Source: Mobula hypostoma
Taxonomy: Eukaryota
DNA length: 64,000 nt
Assembly: GCF_963921235.1 (NCBI RefSeq)
Contig: NC_086097.1
Span: 91,638,001-91,702,000, forward strand
Direction: 5' to 3'
Shown: in pieces, positions 53,716 through 64,000 of the stretch
How the letters are laid out: every line of letters begins with the position of its first letter
Position numbering within the stretch: position 1 is the first letter of the stretch
The notes under the pieces: model-generated
Told to the model about the DNA's origin: nothing
Databases searched by the model: none
Seen by the model: only the letters and a program-made list of their open reading frames with translations
Translations under genes and position numbers: made by a program

Positions 53716-54508
53716 CTAAATGGACAATAAATTATGCACTGTTACTATAATGCCCACGAGGACTGAGATTGAGAAGCAGCCACTGAATCATAGAGGGTAA
53801 GTAAATATTCAAAAGAGAGAAAGGCACAGAGTTATTGGCATACAGACGAGTGGTAGAGTTTTGCTGCAATGTAAAAGGAGAACAAACATCACACAGTGAA
53901 AAGCACAATTCTGCACCAGACACGATATTTCCCTATTTGCACCATATCCACTTATCTAAAATGAAATGAAATTGTGCGGATTAAAGTCTATAATCAGCCT
54001 CATTGATCTCTAATTAACAGAACACCTGACTTGAGAAATCTTGCAACATATCCGAAGAGTGAATACAGAGCTGTTGAGTGTGCCAACTTGAAATTTTCTT
54101 TCTCAAAGCTGTGACAGAATCTCTCTTCAGAACAGAGAGATAGTGTGCACCTGCAGCATGTAATCTGCATTTTATAAACAATCTATAGTGTAGATCTAGA
54201 TGGTAATATCTGTTTCGTTATACCAATACTGGCTCACTGAAAGTGCCTTTCAATTAAAACCATTACCCTGCTTTTTTCCCCTGTTGCTTTGCATTTTACT
54301 CTTTTACAAAGTATTTATCAAATTCCCGTTTAAATCTGCTACCACCACCATTCCTGGCACACTGTGCCAGGTCACAATTTACAACAGACTTGGTACAGAC
54401 TGCCAGAAATGATGGCGGTAGCAGGTGCAAATGGGAAACACTAACTTTATTTCTCTCCCCACAGATGTTGCCTGGCATGTTAAACATTTCCAGTATTTTC
54501 TGTTCCGT

Positions 54509-56200
54509 TTCAAAGTTCAAAGTAAACTTATCAAAGAACACAAAAACAACCCTCAGATTCATTTTCTTGTGGGAATTCACAGTAAATACAAGAAACAGAG
54601 TAGAATTAATGAAAAACCAGACACAACGGGACAGACAGCAATCATTGTGCAAAAGACAACAAACTGAAAATACAAAATGTGAAAAAATAATAATAATAAA
54701 TAAATAAGCTATACATATCAAGAAAGTGAGTTATAGAGTCCTTGAAAGTGACCCCATAGGTTGTGGGAACAGTTCAGTGAAGGGGTGAGTGAAGTTACCA
54801 TCACTGGTTCAAAAGTCTGATGCTTGAGGGGTATTAACTCTGCCTGAACCTGGTGGTGTGGGTCCTGAGGCTCCCATACCTTCTTCCTGATGGCAGTAGC
54901 AAGAGGAGAGCTTGCCCTGGATGGTGGGAGTCCTTGATAATCAGCAGTACTTTCTTGCGATAGCGTTCCATGTAGATGTAAGCCCGTTACGGACTGGGCT
55001 GTATCCACTACTTTTTGGAGGTTTTTCCATTCAAGGATATTGGTGTTTCCATAACATGCTGTGATGCAACCAGTCAATTTACTCTCCCACACACCTATAG
55101 AAGTCTGTCAAAGTTTTAGAGGACATGCCGAATCTTCACAAACTTCTAACAGAATAGAGGTGCTGCCATGCTGTCTTTGTAATGGCATTTACATGCTGGA
55201 CCAGGATAGACCCAGCGAAATGATAACACCAAGGAATTTGAAGTTGCTGACCCTCTCCACCTCTGATCCCCTGATGACTGATAGACCTTCCATTTCCTTC
55301 TGCAGAAATCAATAGTCAGCTCATTGATCTTGCTAACATTGTGAAATTTTATTGTTGTTACATCATTCAGCCAGTTTTTCAATCTCCCCCTATATGTTGA
55401 ATCGTCACCACCTTTGATGTCATCAGTAAACTTAAACATGGCATTGGAGCTGTGCTTAGTCTCATGGTCATAAGTGTAAAACGAATAGTGTAGGGGGCTA
55501 AGCACACAGCCTTGTGGTGCATCTGTGTGATGGCAATTGTGGAAGAGATTCTGATGCTGATCCAAACTGAGTGGGGTCTGCAAGTGAGGAAATCAAGGAT
55601 GCAATTGCACAAGGAGGTATTGAGGCCTAGGTCTTGGAGTTTATTGATTATTTTAGAGGGGATGTTGGTATTGAATGTTGTGCTGTAGTCAATGAAGAGC
55701 AGCCTGATGTATGCATCTTTACTGTCCAGATGTTCCAGGATTGAGAGAAGAGCCAATGAAATAGCATCTGCTGTTGACCGGTTGTGACCATAGGCAAGTT
55801 GGATCGGATCCAAGTCACTTCTCAGTTGGGAGTTGATATGTTTTGTCACCAACCTCTCAAGGCAACTTTCATCAGAGTGGATGTAAGTGCTACTGAACAA
55901 TAGTCAATGAGGCAGGTTACCATGTTCTTCTCGGGCACCGGTATAATTGAAGCCTGCTTGAGGCAGCTAGAAACCCCAAAGTGCCAAGAAGAAAGGTTAA
56001 AGATATCGGTGGACACTCCAGCCAATTGATCAGTACAGTCTTTAGTACTTAGCCAGGTACCTCGTCTGGTCAGGAATCTTACTGTGGATTCACCATCCTG
56101 AAGGTTACTCTTACATCGGCCTCAGGGAATTAAATCACAGGGTCATCGGGGGCTGTGGGAGTTCATGAAGGTGCCTCCATATTATGACAGTCAAAGCAAG
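54509..56200 (-). mobile_element. Rex1/Babar-like LINE, 5'-truncated and degraded
   Basis: ORF 55379..55900 CLERLV...[15 protein letters not shown]...[22 protein letters not shown]; (tttgaac)n tail. Confidence 0.88.
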
Positions 56201-56407
56201 ATTTGATTTCCAGCATTCTTCAGTATTTTGGACTCCTTTGTTTCATACCAACTACATCTCCCCACTTTCAGTTTTTGCCATTAATTTTATAGTTCCATCC
56301 TCTTTCAACAGAACTACCTGCAAGTTTGAAATGTTTATCCTTATCTACTCTCCTGCACCACCCCCCCTCCCCCCCGCAACCAACCTTCAGTAATTCTATT
56401 GAACATA

Positions 56408-57585
56408 TCCTTATTCAAGAAGGGGAGTAGGGATAGCCAAGGAAATTATAGACCAGTGAGTTTTACTTCAGTGGTTGGTAAATTGATGGAGAAGATCCTG
56501 AGAGGCAGGATTTATGAACATTTGGAGAGGCATAATATGATTAGGAATAGTCAGCATGGCTTTGTCAAAGATAGGTCGTGCCTTACGAGCCTGATTGAAT
56601 TTACTGAGGATCTGACTAAGCACATTGATGAAGGTAGAGCCATAGATGTAGTGTATATGGATTTTAGCAAGGCATTTAATAAGGTACCCCATGCAAGGCT
56701 TATTGAGAAAGTAAGGAGGCATGGGATCCAAGGGGACATTGCTTTCTTGATCCAGAACTGGATTGCTCACAGAAGGCAAAGAGTGGTTGTAGACGGGTCA
56801 TATTCTGCATGGAGGTCAGTCACAAGTGGAGTGCCTCGGGGATCTGTTCTGGGACCATTAATCTTCGTGATTTTTATAAATGACCTGGATGAGGAAGTGG
56901 AGCGATGGGTTAGTAAGTTTGCAGATGACACAAAGGTTGGGGGTGTTGTGGATAGTGTGGAGGGCTGTCAGAGGTTACAGCGGGACATTGTTAAGATGCA
57001 AAACTGTGCTGAGAAGTGGCAGATGGAGTTCAACCAAGATAAATATAAGGTGGTTCATTTTGGTAGGTCAAATATGATGGCAGAATATAGTATTAATGGT
57101 AAGACTCTTGGCAGTGTGGAGGATCAGAGAGATCTTGGGGTCTGAGTCCATAGGACACTCATAGCTGCTGCGCAGGTTGACTGTGTGGTTAAAAAGGTAT
57201 ATGGTGCATTGGCCTTCATCAACCGTGGGACTGAGTTCAAGAGCTGAGAGGTAATGTTACAGCTATATAGGACCCTGGTCAGACCCCATTTGGAGAACTG
57301 TGTTCATTTCTGGTCACTTCACTACAGAAAGGATGTGGAAACTATAGAAAGGGTGCAAAGGAGATTTACAAGGATGTTACCTGGATTGGGGAGCATGTCC
57401 TATGAGAATAGGTTGAGTGAACTTGGCCTCTTCTCGTTGGAGCGACAGAGGATGAGAGGTGATCTGATAGAGGTGTATAAGATGATGAGAGGCATTGATC
57501 GTGTGGATAGTCAGAGGCTTTTCCCCAGGGTTGAAATGGCTAGCATGAGAGGGCATAGTTTTAAGGAGCTTGGAAGCAGGTATCT
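56408..57585 (+). mobile_element. Young CR1 (subfamily A) RT fragment lacking both ends
   Basis: ORF 56399..57145 with RT motifs incl. FADDTK; homology stops at ggaagcaggta, before the 3' UTR and tail. Confidence 0.93.
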
Positions 57586-57906
57586 AGAGCATTTAAAAAG
57601 TATATAAATAGTAAAGGCCAGAACATAGAAGAATGGGGCTTATTAAAGACAAAATGGGTAATTGCACATGGATTCTGAAGGCACAGTGGAAGTACTAAAT
57701 GAATAGAGGATAAAAAGGATAATAGAGGATAAAGATACAAAAGCTAGAATCTGAAGCAAAAAATAAATGTTGGAAGAATTCAGCCTCTGTAGAGGCAAAA
57801 GGATAGTTGACATTTCAGGTTGCGGCCTTCCACAAGGATTAAAAGTATAGAGGGAAGAAAGGCAGTCTAGAGAGATGAGATGAAATGGAGAGACAGAGGA
57901 TGGTAG

Positions 57907-58366
57907 TTATCATACAAGGAACGTTTGATGGCTCTGGGTCTGTACTCGCTAGAATTCAGAAGGATGAAGGGGAATCTCATTGAAACATTTTGAACGTTGA
58001 AAGGCCTAGACAGAGTAGATGTGGGAAGGATGTTTCCCATGATGGGAGAGTCTAGGACAAGAGGGCACAGCCTCAGGATAAAGAGGTGCCCTTTCAAAAC
58101 AGAGATGCGGAGAAATTTCTGTAGCCAAAGGATGGTGAATTTGTGGAATATGTTGCCGCAAGCAGCTGTGGAGGCCAGGTTGTTGAGTGTATTTAAGGCA
58201 GAGATTGATAGTTTCTTGACTGAACATGGCATCAAAGGTTACAGACAGAAGGCTGAGAAATGAGGTTGAGGAGGAGAAAAAAAAGGATCAGCCATGATTG
58301 GATGGTGGAGCAGACTCGATGGGCCAGATGACCTAATTCTGCTCCTATGTCTTATGGTTTTATGGT
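57907..58366 (+). mobile_element. CR1 3' fragment (third subfamily), (tcttatgg)n tail
   Basis: ORF 57997..58263 GLDRVD..RMFP..GESRTRGHSLRI. Confidence 0.88.
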
Positions 58367-59037
58367 AATAGGTGCAACTAGGGAAGATGATAAGCAGTTG
58401 GAATGAGGTGGAGGCTGGTTGAGGGAGGGAAGATGCCATAGGTGAACAAAGGGAGAGACTGGTGGGAATGAAAAAGGGATAGAGGTAGTGGTTTACCTGA
58501 AATTGGAATTGTCAATGTTCATGCCATTGGGCTACAGAGTACATGGTTCTGTTCTTCTTGTTTGCAGTTGGCAATCGGAAAAAGCAGAAGTTGATGTGGG
58601 AACGACAAGAAGAGCTGGAATGACATGTCATTGATAGCTCAAGATGGAAATTTGCAGGTAGACTGCAGTCACCTGTAGTTGCCTCGTCAAAACTTACAGA
58701 TGCAGATTACATCTTGCAGATGCAGAGTTCACATTGTAATCACTGAATGCCACATACTAGGCTGGAGAGGATGCCTGCAATTTTTTGCCATACCTATAAT
58801 CTTTGTACCAAATAAGTAATCGTCATATTTCTGTACACACAATACAATAAACAACGATGCTTTCTGACACATAATATTTTTGCATTATTGAGCCAAGGTG
58901 AATTATGGCTTTTGTGTAACTGATATGGAATAGTAATTTATACCATCAGGGACAATCATTATACGAAAAGTTAATTTGACATCTTCTCATAAAATGCTTT
59001 CTGAAATAAAAAATACAACAGCAAATGAATCAGGTAC

Positions 59038-59127
59038 CTGCAGTGAGAAGGTTAGTGCGAGGTCAGTTTCCACCAGACCACAAGGTGGCAGTATAATCTC
59101 ATGCGATCTCAAGATTCTTTTTGAACC
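59038..59127 (-). CDS. PACS2: PACS2 coding exon (~human exon 3), [30 protein letters not shown]
   Basis: Manual translation matches recalled vertebrate PACS2 ([30 protein letters not shown]); acceptor acacag|, donor |gtacct; 90 nt, phase 0-0; absent from ORF track. Confidence 0.95.
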
Positions 59128-61489
59128 CTGTGTACAAGATATTGAATACTAAAATTAGCAAATTGATAAAAATATTTTTCAAAGATGTACAATATTGGAA
59201 ATACTTGAAATAAATATTTCTTATCCAAATATACTTCCATCACTTCCTTATGTTTCCACATTCCCATTCTTCGCAATTTAAAAATACAATTCCTTTCAGT
59301 GCTTACCGAACTATACTAGTTTTCAGCATACATCCTCTTCCTGGATGGGCTTAATAGCAGGCACTTAAAGACATTGTTGAGATAGTCACTAGAAAACATT
59401 GAACTTAGAATGGACACAGTTTCTCTCCAAGCCCTGCCCGCTCATCTCAAATCTCTCCATCCATTATTCCTCTCAGGATAGACATGGTGAGCCAAGGCTG
59501 GTAGAGACCCAGAGCAAGAAGAAACGGATTGGAAACATTCTAGAGCAAGATGAACAAAATCTGGTAGGGATCTAATGTAAGAATCACCAACAATTTGAAA
59601 ATATGAAAAATAAACAGAAGAAGCACCATTCAACTCTTCACACCTGCTCAAACAATATTCAGAGCTCATTACTTACATCGGTACCAGTTACCAGCACTAA
59701 CCTGTTATCCACTGGTTCCCTTAACTACTGAGGCCCTAAGTTAAGTATACTCAGGGACTGAATCTCCACAGACCTTTTGAATAGAGAATTCACAAGATTC
59801 ATCACCACCTACTGTATGTGAAAAAATTTTTTCTCATCTAGAATGAACAGTCAGCCCAGGAGAAACATTTGCTCTGTAAGTCCCACAGGAATCTTTTGTT
59901 TCAAAAATATCACCTCATTGATTACGAGAGAATACCATGTTATTAAAACAAAAAATAAATTCAAGTCAATTAAACTTTTTATAGTTTTAAAAGGAACTAG
60001 TTGCAGATGCTAGAAATCAGAAATAAAAACAAAGTTGCTGAAATACTCAGCAGGTCAATCAGTATCAGACTGAAAAATAGTTATCATTCCGATGAAAGGA
60101 CACCAACTTGAAACATGAACACATTTTAGTTTTCTTATTGTAGGAATAACTCTTATGCATGTTGTAACCAATTGTTACACCATGTAATGTATCTCAAGTA
60201 TTAGTGATACACCACGGAGGTATCACATTCACAACTCTCTTCCTCAAAAGGCTGATGGAAAAACAATCCTTAAATATTTTCAAAGGCAGGGGTAGACAGA
60301 TTATTGATGAGAAAGCTAAAAGGTTTTTGTGGGTGTCTAGGAATATGATCAACCATGATGTTATTAAATGTGGAGGAGGTTTAGAGGGCTGAAGGCTCTG
60401 CAAGGAAAGTGGCACTGTAAAAGATGAGCAATTATATTATTGTAGGAGGACGAGACACAAAAAAAACATTCTTGCTTCTATTTACATTCTCATGTGATGT
60501 CCTGATATATTACCACGGCCCAAAAATCAACTGTTCATTTCACTCCAGTGATGTTGCCTGACCTGCTGAGTTCCACTAGCGTTTTGTGTGCACTTCTCCA
60601 GTTTTCCAGCAATCTTGTGTCTCCTGGTACATTGTAACGCATCATCCCCATGGTATTATGTATTGGGTGCAAGACGGCTGTCTATAGTAATAACAGTAGG
60701 TGACTACCCTATATTTATATACACTACAGTGTATGTTAATAGATGCAACAGACTTCAATACAATTTGAAACAGGTTACTATTTACGATGTGTATATATAC
60801 AATGCGAACCATCAATTACAATTCCTTTGGGCAGCAATTTGTACATAAATGCTTTTTCACATATAGCATAAAAGAAAGTCGTGGAAAAACAGAGTGTTCA
60901 CGATTTTTGAAAAGTTTTGTGCTGCTTTGAAAGAGAAGCATAACCACTCATTGGCTATAGTACTCAGTAGTTGCTGATAATCATTGGCAAACTAAGACAA
61001 GCTTCACATCCACTTCCCCATCATTCCACACCTTAACGATCCTTTTTACTCTTCTATTTCTCCAGGGTTTCCTGGTCTTAGATGGCTTGTATTCATTTTA
61101 TGATTTTCTATTTCAGAAACTCTGCTTTGAAAATCTGCAGTTGGAGAATATTTTAAATTACTTCTGCTGGTAGGAAATCATAAATTGGCAATTTCCTAAT
61201 TATCTTACTGGATGTGCAACAACAAAGCAGAAGTGGAGAATTCCAACACTTGCTTCCCAGTGTTTCCTATTCTTCCAGTGTCTCAACTTGTCTTCATCTG
61301 TAGCATTTAAAGGCACATTTCTCCAGGGCATTCAGTCAAAATCAGGATCAGCAATAACCAGCAGTTGAGCAGTTTATTATACAGGCTAGTGCAAGCTGGG
61401 AAGTGGTTCAAATGCCAGAATAGAACATGATAAGCTGGAGGGTGAAGTAAACAGATGAAAAAGATCTTATTATACCACAAACAATTGAG

Positions 61490-61833
61490 GTTGCATGCCA
61501 TCTTGGACAATGTCTCCCATCCACTACATAATGTACTGGGTGGGCACAGGAGTACATTCAGCCAGAGACTCATTCCACCGAGATGCAACACAGAGCGTCA
61601 TAGGAAGTCATTCCTGCCTGTGGCCATCAAACTTTACAACTCCTCCCTTGGAGGGTCAGACACACTGAGCCAATAGGCTGGTCCTGGACTTATTCATAAT
61701 TTACTGGCATAATTTACATATTACTATTTAACTATTTATGGTTTTATTACTATTTATTATTTATGGTGCAACTGTAACAAAAACAAATTTCCCTCGGGAT
61801 CAATAAAGTATGACTACTATACTACTATGACTA
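61490..61833 (+). mobile_element. Rex1-like LINE 3' fragment, (ctatga)n tail
   Basis: ILDNVSHPLH...RLIPPRCNTERHRKSFLPVAIKLYN; caataaagtatgactact tail. Confidence 0.8.
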
Positions 61834-62036
61834 TTATAGGAAGAGCTGTCCCATGAGTCAGAACAGCCCTACTCTCATACCTAACAGACAATGTTACACT
61901 ATCCTCCATCATAAATTAGCAGCACACCTAGCTAAGTTCGCTCCAGTCAGTTATAAGACTAGTACCCATGCAGTAACATGGCTAATTAATCCTTATCCCC
62001 ATTCCACAAAACCAGGAAAAATGCAAGGCTGGATAA

Positions 62037-64000
62037 TTACAAGTGTCAGATCTCTCAGTGGGAGAGCATTTTGGAGATAGTGATCATAATTCTATCTCCT
62101 TCACAATAGCACTGGAGAGAAAGAGGCACAGACAAGTTAGAAAAGCATTTTATTGGAGTCTGGGGAATTATGAGTCTATCAGGCAGGAAATTGGAGGCTT
62201 AAATTAGAAACAGATGTTCTCAGGGAAAAGTACGGAAGAAATGTGGCAAATGTTTAGGGGATATCTGTGTGGAGTTCTGCATAGGAACGTTCCAATGAGA
62301 CAGGGAAGTTATGGTAGGGTACAAGAACCGTGGTGTACAAAGACTGTAATAAATCTAGTCAAGAAGAAAAGAAAAGCTTACAAAAGGTTCAGAGAGTGAG
62401 GTAATGTTAGAGATCTAGAAGTTTATAAGCCTAACAGGAAGGAGCTTAAGAAGGAAATTAGGAGAACCAGAAGGGGCCATGAGAAGGCCTTGGCGGGCAG
62501 GATTAAAATAAACCCCAAGGCATTCTACAGGTATGTGAAGACCAAGAGGATAAGACGTGAAAGAATAGGACCTATCAAGTGTGACAGTGGGAAAATGTGT
62601 ATGGAACCAGAGGAAATAGCAGAGGTACTTAATGAATATTTTACTTCAGTATTCACTACGGAAAAGGATCTTGGCAATTGTAGGGATGATTTGCAGCAGA
62701 CTGAAAAGCTTGAGCATGTAGATATTAAGAAAGAGGATGTGCTGGAGCTTCTGGAAAGCATCAAGTTGGGTAAGTCGCCGGGACTGGATGAGATGTACCC
62801 GAAGCTACTGTGGGAGGTGAGGGAGAAGATTGCTGAGCCTCTGGCGATGATCTTTGCATCATCAATGGGGATGGGAGAGGTTCCGCAGGATTAGAGGGTT
62901 GCGGATGTTGTTCCTTTATTCAAGAAAGGGAGTAGAGATAGCCCAGGAAATTATAGAACAGTGAGTCTTACCTCAGTGGTTGGTAAGTTGATGGAGAAGA
63001 TCCTGAGAGGCAGGACTTATGAACATTTGGAGAGGTATAATATGATTAGGAGTAGTCAGCATGGCTTTGTCAAGGGCAGGTTGTGCCTTACGGGCTTGAT
63101 TGAATTTTTTGAGGATGTGACAAAACACATTGATGAAGGAAGATCGGTAGATGTAGTGTATATGGATTTCAGCAAGGCATTTGATAAGGTACCCCATGCA
63201 AGGCTTATTGAGAAAGTAAGGAGGCATGGGATCCAAGGGGACATTGCTTTCTGGATCCAGAACTGGCTTGCCCACAGAAGGCAAAGAGTGGTTGCAGACA
63301 AGTCATATTCTGCATGGAGGTTGGTCACAAGTGGAGTGCCTCAGGGATCTGTTCTGGGACCCTTGCTCTTCGTGATTTTTATAAATGACCTGGATGAGGA
63401 AGTGGAGGGATGGGTTAGTAAGTTTGCTGATGACACAAAGGTGGAGGGTGTTGTGGATAGTGTGGAGGGCTGTCAGAGGTTACAGCGGGACATTGATTGA
63501 ATGCAAAACTGGGCTAAAAAGTGGCAGATGGAGTTCAACCCAGATAAGTGTGAAGTGGTTCATTTTGGTAGGTTAAATATGATGGCAGAATATAGTATTA
63601 ATGGTAAGACTCTTGGCAGTGTGGAGGATCAGAGGGATCTTGAGGTCCGAGTCCATAGGGCACTCAAAGCAGCTGCACAGGTTGACCCTGTGATTAAGAA
63701 GGCGTACGGTGTATTGGCCTTCATCAATCGTGGAATTGAATTTAGGAGCCGAGAGATAATGTTGCAGCTATATAGGACTTGGTCAGACCACACTTGGAGT
63801 TACTGTGCTCAGTTCTAGTCACCTCACTACAGGAAGGATATGGAAGCCATAGAAAGGGTGCAGGGGAGATCTACAAGGATCTTGCCTGGATTGGGGAGCA
63901 TGCCTTGTGAGAACAAGTTGAGTGAACTCGGCCTTTTCGTCTTGGAGTGACATAGGATGAGAGCTGACCTGATAGAGGTGTATAAGATGATGAGAGGCAT
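62037..64000 (+). mobile_element. CR1 LINE (subfamily A), APE end through RT, runs off the window
   Basis: SDHN remnant, NPKAFYRYVK, KSPGLD, QHGFVKG, FADDTK; in-frame stops. Confidence 0.95.

Noticed and set aside
59128..64000. PACS2 exon 2 (...VVIAVKMQ)
   Set aside because: No matching sequence found by eye; region is mostly repeats

Overview
Eukaryotic, repeat-rich vertebrate DNA; the repeat families suggest a cartilaginous fish, probably a ray (inference). The window lies inside one minus-strand gene, PACS2 (phosphofurin acidic cluster sorting protein 2). I reconstructed 11 consecutive GT-AG coding exons (equivalent to human exons ~3-13, numbering from recall; 1176 nt, 392 codons, frame-consistent). 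The supplied ORF track misses five of them. The gene's ends lie outside the window. The introns are full of transposable elements: young and ancient CR1 LINEs, Rex1/Babar-like LINEs, Penelope-like elements (PLEs), V-SINE/tRNA SINEs, and Tc1, mariner, Tigger-like and hAT-Buster DNA elements, often nested. Most interesting: (i) minimal type-I hammerhead ribozyme motifs in PLE-derived mini-insertions, intact antisense to PACS2 and core-mutated on the sense strand; (ii) nested palindromic mariner and hAT MITEs; (iii) near-identical inverted CR1 copies bracketing blocks of PACS2 exons; (iv) a possible CR1 5'-truncation hotspot at a small hairpin. I see no clearly new protein-coding system. Repeat family names come from motif recognition, not database searches.
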